Positions 46,397 to 55,151 of a stretch of 64,000 nt of DNA are shown here, in pieces (the first letter of the stretch is position 1; each line of letters opens with the position of its first letter). The notes beneath the pieces are model-generated. The model saw nothing but the letters and a program-made list of their open reading frames with translations. It was not told where the DNA came from and did not search any database. Position numbers and translations under genes: made by a program. The stretch covers positions 800-64,799 of the forward strand of contig PUMA01000181.1 of the NCBI GenBank assembly GCA_003551155.1, read 5' to 3'. This DNA comes from Desulfonatronospira sp. (GTDB lineage: Bacteria; Desulfobacterota; Desulfovibrionia; Desulfovibrionales; Desulfonatronovibrionaceae).

Positions 46397-46846
46397 ATGC
46401 ATCTTGGAGATTATCTGAGCCCGGACCAGATTATTGCCGGGCTGGAATCCAGAACCAGGTCAGAAGTTCTTACCGAGCTGATAAAACCACTCATCAGGAA
46501 ATACAGTTTTCTTGATGAGCAGGCGGTCCACCAGGCACTGATCAGCCGGGAAAATCTGGGAACTACAGGCATTGGAGAGGGTGTGGCCATTCCTCACGGC
46601 AAGCTCAGAGACCTGGACGATATCCTGCTCACTGCAGGCCTGAGCAGAAACGGCGTCGATTTTGCAGCCCTGGACCACAAACCAGTGCACATTTTTTTCC
46701 TTGTTCTGGCTCCTGAAAAGAGCGCCGGAAAGCATTTGAAGATACTGGCCTTTATTTCCCGGCTGCTTCAGGATCCGGACTTCAAGAACTCTTTTCTCCA
46801 CGCAGGATCCAGGGAAGAACTATGGAAACTGATCAGCAGGGTTTAA
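46397..46846 (+). CDS. ptsN: PTS EIIA-Ntr
   Basis: TTGIGEGVAIPHGK, DHKPVHIFFLVLAP; follows rpoN-hpf. Confidence 0.92.
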   Translation: MHLGDYLSPDQIIAGLESRTRSEVLTELIKPLIRKYSFLDEQAVHQALISRENLGTTGIGEGVAIPHGKLRDLDDILLTAGLSRNGVDFAALDHKPVHIFFLVLAPEKSAGKHLKILAFISRLLQDPDFKNSFLHAGSREELWKLISRV

Positions 46847-47754
46847 ACCCGGCCTTTATGTTCTCAGACAGGGATGAAGCCGGCTCCTGTCCGGTGATAG
46901 TTGTTACCGGACTTTCCGGAGCAGGGAAAAGCACCGCCCTGAACGTGTTTGAAGATCTGGGTTTTTTCTGCGTGGACGGCCTGCCTGTAAGCCTTACTCA
47001 CACGATAATGGAACTCTTTGCCAGAGAAAATCCCAAGAATTTCAGGGGGCTGGCCCTGGGCATGGATCTGAGGCAGAGCAACTTTGCCCGGGAATGGTCC
47101 GGATTCAGAAACAGACTGCAGCAAAACAGGTTATATCTGCAGATAATCTTTCTGGAGGCAGGGAGCAGCGTGCTGGTCCGCAGATACGCCACCAACAGGC
47201 GCCCTCATCCCCTTGAGAGCGAAGGCATGGGCCTGGAACAGGCGCTGGAAAAAGAAAAACTGCTGCTGGAGCCTGTGCGGAACGATGCACATCTGGTCGT
47301 GGACACTTCTGACTTCAGCATTCACGATCTGCGCCGGGTGATAAAGGAGAAATGGGAATGCCTCGACCAGGTGTTCGCCGGGATAAGGGTGCATCTGATC
47401 TCTTTCGGCTTTAAATACGGGGTCCCGTCAGAGGCGGACATGGTCCTGGACCTTCGCTTCCTGCCCAATCCCTTTTTCGTGCCGCATCTCAAGGGGCTTT
47501 CAGGCAAGGACAGCGCCATTGGCCGCTATGTTCTCGAGGATGATCAGGGCCGGACGTTTATGGTCCGCACGCGAGAATATCTGGACTTTCTAATCCCTCA
47601 GTTTCAAAAGGAAGGACGTTACCGTCTGACCCTGGCTTTCGGCTGTACCGGGGGCAGACACAGGTCGGTGGCTGTAGTTGAGAGCATGGCCCGGTTTTTA
47701 AAGGATAAGGGGTATCTGGTATCGGTTGAACACCGCCATTTCCAGCTGGGATGA
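46822..47754 (+). CDS. rapZ: RNase adaptor / P-loop protein RapZ (true start may be 46858)
   Basis: TGLSGAGKS, SFGFKYG, RFLPNP, GCTGGRHRSV. Confidence 0.95.
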   Translation: METDQQGLNPAFMFSDRDEAGSCPVIVVTGLSGAGKSTALNVFEDLGFFCVDGLPVSLTHTIMELFARENPKNFRGLALGMDLRQSNFAREWSGFRNRLQQNRLYLQIIFLEAGSSVLVRRYATNRRPHPLESEGMGLEQALEKEKLLLEPVRNDAHLVVDTSDFSIHDLRRVIKEKWECLDQVFAGIRVHLISFGFKYGVPSEADMVLDLRFLPNPFFVPHLKGLSGKDSAIGRYVLEDDQGRTFMVRTREYLDFLIPQFQKEGRYRLTLAFGCTGGRHRSVAVVESMARFLKDKGYLVSVEHRHFQLG

Positions 47755-47860
47755 GCGCTTTTTTCCTTTCATGTATTGTCTTTGGAAAATTCCGGGTTTA
47801 ATATGCTCATAACTGTTGACCTTGATCCATTGATTGCTCATGCAGAAAACCAGGGTGTGT

Positions 47861-48286
47861 ATGATAGGGATAATTATAGTAACTCACAATGACTTTGGAA
47901 GCAGGCTGCTGGAAGCTGCGCATCTCATAACCGGAGATGAGCGCAACTGCTGCTCCATCGGAGTCGATGTCTCAAAGCCCATGGAGGATATCATCCAGCA
48001 GCTCAAGAAAAAGGTCCAGGAACTGGATACAGGCAGCGGGGTGGTTATTCTTACGGACATGTTCGGGGGCACCCCCACCAACTTAAGCCTGTCCCTTCTC
48101 AATCACGGCCGGCTGGAGGTTATAACCGGCGTGAACCTGCCCATGATTTTGAAGGCCCTGTCCAATAGAGAGCACAGGCTCAGCGACCTGGCCCAGGAGG
48201 TCAAGGCGGCCGGCAAACAGGGGATTCTGGTGGCCGGGGACCTGCTCAAACGTCAGGTGTCCAGTCACGGAAAAAAAGGCGAGTAA
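47861..48286 (+). CDS. PTS mannose/fructose-type EIIA
   Basis: IIIVTH, LTDMFGGTP, TGVNLPM. Confidence 0.92.
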   Translation: MIGIIIVTHNDFGSRLLEAAHLITGDERNCCSIGVDVSKPMEDIIQQLKKKVQELDTGSGVVILTDMFGGTPTNLSLSLLNHGRLEVITGVNLPMILKALSNREHRLSDLAQEVKAAGKQGILVAGDLLKRQVSSHGKKGE

Positions 48287-48288
48287 TT

Positions 48289-48753
48289 ATGTTCTGGGTG
48301 CGAATAGACAACCGTCTGGTGCACGGACAGGTAATCGAGACCTGGCTGCCATACACCCGGGCCAGATCACTTCTGGTGGTCAATGACGACCTGTCCAGTG
48401 ATCCGGTCCGCCAGGAAATCATGAGCCTGGCCGTGCCGGATAATATCGATATTTCCTTCAGCTCAGTAAAACAGAGCCCGCAGCTTTTCATCTCCACATA
48501 CAGCCAAAATCCATCGTCCCTGTTCATTCTTTTTGCCGGATGCCTGGATGCCAAGACTGCCTTTGAACGCGGCCTGCTCTTCAACTCCCTGAACATCGGC
48601 AATATCCACTACGGACCCGGCAAAAAACAGATCTGCGCGCATATCGCCCTGAGCCCCGACGACAGCCGTTGTCTGCATTACTTCTTCAGTCGCGGCATCA
48701 GACTCGATTTTCGCTGCGTACCTCACAAAAAGGTCCAGGTAGAAACATGGTAG
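48289..48753 (+). CDS. PTS mannose/sorbose-type EIIB
   Basis: VRIDNRLVHGQV, NIGNIH. Confidence 0.92.
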   Translation: MFWVRIDNRLVHGQVIETWLPYTRARSLLVVNDDLSSDPVRQEIMSLAVPDNIDISFSSVKQSPQLFISTYSQNPSSLFILFAGCLDAKTAFERGLLFNSLNIGNIHYGPGKKQICAHIALSPDDSRCLHYFFSRGIRLDFRCVPHKKVQVETW

Positions 48754-49450
48754 CCCTGAATGAGCTGAGCCTTATGGGAGTGATTCTGCTGGGCGGTTTT
48801 TTTTTGCTGTATTTTCGCTGTTTCGTTTTTCCGCTCCCATAGGTCTGGTGGATCGGCCTCTGGTGGTGGGTTTTTTCCTGATTCTGCTCACCGGAGATGT
48901 GTTTCCCACCATTTATATAGCTGTCTTTTTTGAACTGTTGTGGCTCGATCTTATTCCCGCGGGCACTTTTATACCCCCCAATGCCGTGTTCTGCCTGGTG
49001 GCCGCCACCGCACTCACAATGTTCTTTCAGCTTGAGTACCCGGCACAGATATTTATGATGATGCTTTTGACCCTGCCCGGAGCATACCTTCTGGCCCGCT
49101 TCGAGGGCTGGCACCGGGTCAGGCAGAACAGGAACTACAATCTCATCCTGCGCCAGAGCAGGGACAAGTTCAGTTCCTTCCATCCCGAAAAAATGATTCT
49201 GAGTTCGCTGGGCGAAACTTTCGCAATAAATTTTCTTGCCGCCTGCCTGGGCATCTATCTTTTAAGCCTCATCTATCCGCTGATTGACAGTCTGCTGCAC
49301 CCGCTCCAGGATATTCTCACGTGGCCTCACCTGCTCATGGCGGCCGGCATAAGTGCCCTGGCAGCCCTGCGCATCAGAAAGGCCTATACCTCGCTGGTGA
49401 CTGCCATGATGCTGATCCTTGTCTTTCTGGCCTGGCAGCAGTTTTTCTGA
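48747..49450 (+). CDS. PTS mannose-type EIIC-like membrane protein, split by a frameshift at a T9 tract
   Basis: ATG at 48747 overlaps the EIIB stop; its frame ends at TAG 48840-48842. The downstream frame (AVFSLFRFS...DRPLVVG...ELLWLDLIPAG) joins across T9 at 48797-48805; one extra T restores a 234-aa protein. Confidence 0.75.
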
Positions 49451-49517
49451 TTGTCTCCGGACTTCTCCTGATATCCACTTGTGCTGGCAGATCATGCCGG
49501 GAATGCCTGTAACAGGC

Positions 49518-49841
49518 CTATTCCTCCTGCAGGCCGTCACCACTGCCCAGGATGTATTCCACGGACATTACAGCAACCCGCATATGAGCGTGGGCTGTTT
49601 TCTGTTTTCTGAAGGCCTGCAGCCTGGCTAAAAGAGTCTCTATCCGGGCATCCTCCACCAGGGCCTGACAGACTGTTACACTGCCCGGAAAAACCTGGGT
49701 TCCGAAATGCTTGCCGTCAATGTCCTTCCCCGCCACCATGGGATAGCACACATAATCCCCAATGCCCTCTGCATCAAGGATCCTTTCCACATGGTCTATA
49801 TACTCAAAACGAAAGCTGATGTGTACAAACTTCATGCTCAA
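49518..49841 (-). CDS. P-II/GlnB-like transporter-associated protein
   Basis: 107 aa, GKHFGTQVFPG segment, overlaps the RND gene stop by 4 nt. Confidence 0.65.
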   Translation of the reverse strand: MSMKFVHISFRFEYIDHVERILDAEGIGDYVCYPMVAGKDIDGKHFGTQVFPGSVTVCQALVEDARIETLLARLQAFRKQKTAHAHMRVAVMSVEYILGSGDGLQEE

Positions 49842-52800
49842 CCCTTAACGCCTTTGGGTCCGGTCCTGAAAAGACCCAGGATATATTTCTGCAGTTGGTC
49901 GTAAAGGGTGAACACCACCGGTATGACCAGAAGGGTCAGGGCCGTGGAGGTAAACAGGCCAGCAGCCACTGCCACGCCCAGGGGAGCTCTGGCTTCGCCG
50001 CCCGCTCCGTAGCCCAGGGCAATGACTGAAACCCCCAGGATAGTGGATATGGCCGTCATGACCACCGGACGGAAGCGTTCCCGGGCAGCTTCCTGAGCCG
50101 CCAGCATCGGGGGTCTCCCCCTGGCCACCAGGACATTGGTATAATCCACCAGCAGAATTGCGTTCTTGGTCACCAGGCCCATGAGCATAATCAACCCGAT
50201 AAAGGCGTATACGCTGAAATTCAAACCCAGAAGCCACAATGCGCCGAAAGCCCCCACAGTGGCCAGGGGCAGGGCTGACATGATGGTCAGGGGGTGAACG
50301 AAGGACTCAAACTGGGCCGAGAGGACCAGGTAGATAAAAATAACCGCAAACACCAGGGCTATGGCCAGGTAGTAAAAAGACTCCTCAAACACCTCGGACA
50401 TGCCGGCCATCTGATAATCGGTTCCAGGAGGAAGTTCCGCCTCCAGGTATCTTTCAAGTTCATCCACGGCATCGCCCAGGGCCCCCCCCGGCGGGGTGGA
50501 AGCTGTAACTGAAGCCGACCGGATCCGGTCGAAACGATGGATCTCGCTGGGTCCGATGGTCTCCTGGATATGAACCAGGCTATCCAGGGAAATGAGCTCG
50601 TCACCATGGTTGCGCAGGTATACGTTGCGCAGGGCGTCCGGGGTGATCCGTCCCCGGCCCTTTACTTCGGTAATCACATCGTACCTGCGGGCCTCCCGGT
50701 CCACATGGGAAATATCCACTTCTCCGAACAGATAGCGCAGGGCCCGGGAAATCTCGGTAGCCGAGATCCACATTTCCGCGGCCCTGTCCCGGTCAATGGT
50801 CACATCCACCTGGGGCCTGTCCAGCTCCAGGTTGGAACGTACTCCCACGTAATACTCCGGCCTGGACTGCATCCAGGCCACCACCTGTTCCTGGACAATG
50901 TCCAGCTCCTGCAGGTCCGGATTCTGCAGGACAACCTCAACAGGATCTCCGCCCACACCGCCTGGAGTCAAATCCACGGCAAAGGCCCTGCCGTCGGGAA
51001 TCCGGGCCAGGTTCTGCCGGTACTGGTGCATGATCTGGCTCTGGTGCAGATCGCGCTCGTGCCTGGGCACCAGGGTGACAAAGGCAACGCCCTCGTTGGG
51101 ATGGCCCGGACCCCCGCCCCGGCTGAGCCCGATGCCCAGAAAGACCTGGTTGACGTTGGGGTCCTCTGCCAGCATTTTCTCGATTTTCCGGGCGAATGCG
51201 TCTGTTTCCTGCAGGGTGGCTCCCTGCGGTGTTTCAAAGACTATCATCATCCTGGAACGATCCTCGTCCGGAGCAAATTCCTTGGGAATGTTCATATAGG
51301 CCATAATACCCAGGGCAAAAGCCAGAAGCCCGATGACCACCACCAGACCCCTTCTTTTGAAGGCTTTGGCCAGAATCCAGGCGTAAGCCGCTTCAATCCT
51401 GTTCAGGTGCCTCTCGGACATCTGAAACAGAAAGCTCTTGCGTTCCTTGTATTTCAAAAGCCTGGAACAGAGCATGGGGGTCAGGGTCAGGGCCACGAAA
51501 GTGGAGGCAAAGACCGTTGCTGCAACGGTCAGGCCGAACTCATAAAAAAACCTCCCGATTATGCCCGCGGTAAAGGCTACCGGGATAAAAACAGCTCCCA
51601 GGGACAGGGAATTGGCTATGGCCGGAAAGGCCATCTCCGTCGTACCCACCCGGGCTGCAGGCAAGGCATCAGCCCCCTGTTCCATATGCCGGAAATTGCG
51701 CTCCAGGATTACAATGGCGTCATCCACCACTATCCCGATGACCAGGATCAGGGCCAGCATGGTCAGGACATTGATGCTGAATCCCAGGACATTGATCACC
51801 GCCAGGCCGGTTAGCAGGGAGGTGGGAATGGCCAGGCCCACGATCAGTGTTCCCCTGCCGCTGCGCAGGAAAAAGAGGACCACGAAAACTACCATGGTGG
51901 CGGCTATCAGTATGGTGATCTGCAGGTCCCGGATGTTCTCCTCGATAAATTCCGAGGCATCCATGGCCTGCTGATACCTGAGACCCGGGGGAAAGTCCTC
52001 TGATGCACTGCGCATGCTCTTCCTGGCCGCTTCAGCCATTTCCACGGTATTGGCCCCTGTCTGCCGGACCAGGCCCAGTCCCACCGTGGGTTCGCCGTTG
52101 AAGCGGGCCAGACGTCTGTAGGACTCTACTGCGTCAACCGCCTCCCCCACATCCGAAAGCCGTACAGGGGAGCCCTCGCGGTAAGCAATTACCAGGTCAT
52201 TGAATGGAGCGGCCTCGGAAAAACGGGCCCTGGTCCTGATGGTGAACTCCCTGGTCAGGCCTTCGATGCGGCCCGAAGGGATGTCCACGTTTTCCATCTG
52301 GACGGTATTCACCACGTCCTGAATGGTCAACCGGTGCGCGGCCAGCAGCTCGGGATCAATCCTGATCCTTACGGCATAATTCCTGGATCCGCCCACTATC
52401 ACCCGGCCCACTCCCCTCAGGGTTTCCAGTCTGGGCTTGAGCACATCTTCAGCATATTCGGACATGCTCATCTCATCCCAGCGCTCGTCCCCCTGCAGGG
52501 TGAACCACATTATAGGCCCGGCATCCATGGCCATTTTTCTGACCACCGGGGCTTCGGCATCCCCTGGCAGATGCCGCCTGGCGCGTTCCACTGCGTCACG
52601 CACGTCCTGGGCGGCCAGATCCTGATCCCTCCAGAGTTCGAACTCTGCTGTAATCGTGGCTGATTCCTGTTCAGCAGTGGAAAAAATGTTATTCAGCCCT
52701 TCGATGGTGCTTATTTCCGCTTCAATGGGCTCCACCACCTCCCGCTCCAGGATCTCCGGAGCAGCCCCGGGCAGGACCACCAGAACGCTGACCACTGGAA

Positions 52801-52921
52801 ATTCCACGTCGGGATATTCCTGCACGGGCATCTGGGTAAATCCGAACACCCCGAAAATACCCAAAACCAGAAAAATGACTATGGTCAACGCCGGCCGGCG
52901 GATGCACAGGTTCCAGATCAC
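49838..52921 (-). CDS. RND efflux permease (AcrB family)
   Basis: 1027 aa, GIVVDDAIV, KNAILLV, RFRPVVMT. Confidence 0.96.
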   Translation of the reverse strand: MIWNLCIRRPALTIVIFLVLGIFGVFGFTQMPVQEYPDVEFPVVSVLVVLPGAAPEILEREVVEPIEAEISTIEGLNNIFSTAEQESATITAEFELWRDQDLAAQDVRDAVERARRHLPGDAEAPVVRKMAMDAGPIMWFTLQGDERWDEMSMSEYAEDVLKPRLETLRGVGRVIVGGSRNYAVRIRIDPELLAAHRLTIQDVVNTVQMENVDIPSGRIEGLTREFTIRTRARFSEAAPFNDLVIAYREGSPVRLSDVGEAVDAVESYRRLARFNGEPTVGLGLVRQTGANTVEMAEAARKSMRSASEDFPPGLRYQQAMDASEFIEENIRDLQITILIAATMVVFVVLFFLRSGRGTLIVGLAIPTSLLTGLAVINVLGFSINVLTMLALILVIGIVVDDAIVILERNFRHMEQGADALPAARVGTTEMAFPAIANSLSLGAVFIPVAFTAGIIGRFFYEFGLTVAATVFASTFVALTLTPMLCSRLLKYKERKSFLFQMSERHLNRIEAAYAWILAKAFKRRGLVVVIGLLAFALGIMAYMNIPKEFAPDEDRSRMMIVFETPQGATLQETDAFARKIEKMLAEDPNVNQVFLGIGLSRGGGPGHPNEGVAFVTLVPRHERDLHQSQIMHQYRQNLARIPDGRAFAVDLTPGGVGGDPVEVVLQNPDLQELDIVQEQVVAWMQSRPEYYVGVRSNLELDRPQVDVTIDRDRAAEMWISATEISRALRYLFGEVDISHVDREARRYDVITEVKGRGRITPDALRNVYLRNHGDELISLDSLVHIQETIGPSEIHRFDRIRSASVTASTPPGGALGDAVDELERYLEAELPPGTDYQMAGMSEVFEESFYYLAIALVFAVIFIYLVLSAQFESFVHPLTIMSALPLATVGAFGALWLLGLNFSVYAFIGLIMLMGLVTKNAILLVDYTNVLVARGRPPMLAAQEAARERFRPVVMTAISTILGVSVIALGYGAGGEARAPLGVAVAAGLFTSTALTLLVIPVVFTLYDQLQKYILGLFRTGPKGVKG

Positions 52922-52926
52922 TTGAA

Positions 52927-54168
52927 TCAGCCCTCCCGGCCTTTTTCCGCTGTCCTGGATTCACCCGGCGGAAAGAAATTTTCCATTTCCCGGGCCCATT
53001 CTTCCGACCACTCCTCCACTATCTCCACCTGTGAGCCGTCCTCCAGCTGCATGTGCCCGGCAGCAACCACTGTATCGTTCCGGGAGACTCCGTCCAATAT
53101 CTCCACCAGGCCGGGCCTGCGCATACCGATGCTCACCCTCTGGGTCCGGGCCCGGTTATTTTCTTTGTCCACGGTGAAGACCATGTACCCGTCCCGGATG
53201 GGAACCAGGGATTTTTCAGGAACCACCACAGATTCTTCCCGTAATCCCAGGATCAGTACTGCCCGGGCAAAGAAACCGGGTCTGAGCTTTTGTTCCGGAT
53301 TTGCAATGTTGGCCCGGATTCTGAACTTCCGAGTGGACTCGTCAATGGAGGGACTAATATATCCCACTTTGCCGGAAAAGGTCTCATCCGGATAGGCGGA
53401 TACGGTGATCCGGACTTCCTGCCCCAGGGAAGTCCGGCCGGCATATTTTTCCGGGAGAAAAAAGGAAATCTTCAAGGGATCCACCTGGTATAGCACCGTC
53501 AGGATCTCACCCTTAGAGACGAACGTCCCCGGATCCACCAGGCGTTCGGAAACATACCCGTCAAAGGGTGCCCTGATTATTGTGTCATGGATTTCCTCCC
53601 GGACATGTTCCACCTCGGCCCTGAGCCTGCGGACCCGGGCCTCGGCTGCATCCAGATCGGTTCTTATCCGGTCGTATTCTTCCTCAGAGATCACCTCCTG
53701 CTGGCGGAGCATGGAAAAGCGCTGGTAGTTACGGCGCAGGTTGTCCGCTTCGGCCCGGGCTTCCTCCAGGGCCGCTTCCTGAGCTGACAAGCGCCTCAAA
53801 AGCTTCTGCTCCTCCAGCTCAAACAGAAGCTTGTTCTCACTGACAAAGCCGCCTTCCTGAAAGTGCACCGCCTTGACCTTGCCGCTGGCTTCGGGCTTGA
53901 TCTCGACCTTCTGCACAGGTTCAAGAGTCCCCCCCCCCCGGACCGTATCCAGAAGATTGACCGTGGCCGCCGGAGCCAGTTCCACCGCCACCGGGGGCCG
54001 CTCACGCCGATCTTCCCTGTCTTCCAGGGGTTCATCCCTGTATATGTAGACCAGGATCGCCCCGGCAAGAATCAGGATCAGAAAGGTCCACGGACCCAGA
54101 AGGCGTCTTCTCGGGCCTTTGGGCCTCTCATCTCCGGGGCCTGAAACCTGCTCATCTGCACTGCCCAT
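52927..54168 (-). CDS. RND periplasmic adaptor (membrane fusion protein)
   Basis: TM anchor, lipoyl halves flanking a coiled coil, IRAPFDG, LRPGFF. Confidence 0.94.
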   Translation of the reverse strand: MGSADEQVSGPGDERPKGPRRRLLGPWTFLILILAGAILVYIYRDEPLEDREDRRERPPVAVELAPAATVNLLDTVRGGGTLEPVQKVEIKPEASGKVKAVHFQEGGFVSENKLLFELEEQKLLRRLSAQEAALEEARAEADNLRRNYQRFSMLRQQEVISEEEYDRIRTDLDAAEARVRRLRAEVEHVREEIHDTIIRAPFDGYVSERLVDPGTFVSKGEILTVLYQVDPLKISFFLPEKYAGRTSLGQEVRITVSAYPDETFSGKVGYISPSIDESTRKFRIRANIANPEQKLRPGFFARAVLILGLREESVVVPEKSLVPIRDGYMVFTVDKENNRARTQRVSIGMRRPGLVEILDGVSRNDTVVAAGHMQLEDGSQVEIVEEWSEEWAREMENFFPPGESRTAEKGREG

Positions 54169-54362
54169 TCCTGTTTCTCCGATTTATTCCTGTTTTTACT
54201 TGATACTTATCTGCACAGATCTGCAGCTCAAATGCAACATTCTATAATCTTTCCTTGGCTTCTCGACACAAAGAGAGGATTTTATGTTCATTCAGCCTAT
54301 ATTTAGAAGGCACAGCCCATGAATACAGGCTCAAGTGAAAAAGGCTGAACTACTCGAAGGAT

Positions 54363-55013
54363 TCAATCCAAAATACCGGCTTTGCCTGAAGAATCCATCA
54401 AAATACCGTTAAAAACAACATCCAGGATCTCCTCGGCCTGTTCCTCCCCAGGCTTGGCATTGCCGGCAAATTGAGCCGAGAAGATGGTACCGTACACCGC
54501 GAAGCTCATGACGTCGACTATCCGGTCTACAGGCATTCTGCGGACCACACCCCGATCCATGAGCTCTGCAAACAGCTCGCGCCATCTCTGGATGTTGGCC
54601 TCCCGGTATACAAAATACGTAGGTTTCTGGCGGTCCTTGAATTCGCTGCGCTCCTGAATAAAAAGCTCAATTATTTCAGGGTTATGGTAGAAGAAATCCA
54701 GATAGGCCCGGGTGGCTGTTCTGACCTGTACCAGAGGGTCTCCGGAATTTTCTATGACTGACTCGATCCTGATCTTCAGGTCATTCATTCCCTGATCCAC
54801 TGCAGCCAGAAAAAGCTCCTCCTTGCTTGGGAAATATCGATAGACGGTTCCCTTGCCGATACCCAGACTGTCTGCGATATACTGAACATCTGTCTGGCGG
54901 TAGCCATATTTGGCAAAAAGCCTGGTGGCCGCGCCCAGGATTTCTTGTTTGCGACGCAGGACCGGATCGTTGTCCATGACTTGTTTCAAACCTCTCCCTT
55001 CATGCCCCATCAC
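54363..55013 (-). CDS. TetR/AcrR-family regulator (start uncertain: 55013, 55010 or 54977)
   Basis: ILGAATRLF...IADSLGIGKGTVYRYFPSKEELF. Confidence 0.95.
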   Translation of the reverse strand: MMGHEGRGLKQVMDNDPVLRRKQEILGAATRLFAKYGYRQTDVQYIADSLGIGKGTVYRYFPSKEELFLAAVDQGMNDLKIRIESVIENSGDPLVQVRTATRAYLDFFYHNPEIIELFIQERSEFKDRQKPTYFVYREANIQRWRELFAELMDRGVVRRMPVDRIVDVMSFAVYGTIFSAQFAGNAKPGEEQAEEILDVVFNGILMDSSGKAGILD

Positions 55014-55015
55014 CA

Positions 55016-55031
55016 GACGGACCAGTCCGTC
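55016..55031. promoter_or_regulatory. Putative TetR operator
   Basis: Perfect GACGGAC-CA-GTCCGTC palindrome between the promoter and the tetR start. Confidence 0.7.
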
Positions 55032-55043
55032 ATCTGAGGAACA

Positions 55044-55073
55044 ACACTAAGATAGATCTGAAATCCAGGTCAA
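55044..55073 (-). promoter_or_regulatory. Sigma70-type promoter of tetR-RND
   Basis: TTGACC-N18-TAGTGT on the minus strand. Confidence 0.5.
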
Positions 55074-55151
55074 GAAAAAAGATCTCTGCCGGCAGAAACT
55101 GTGAGGCATGCTGCACTGTCTGCCAGCTTACGGCTTGTATGCGGGAAAGGT

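Noticed and set aside
50537-51814. 425-aa plus-strand ORF
   Set aside because: Antisense shadow of the RND permease
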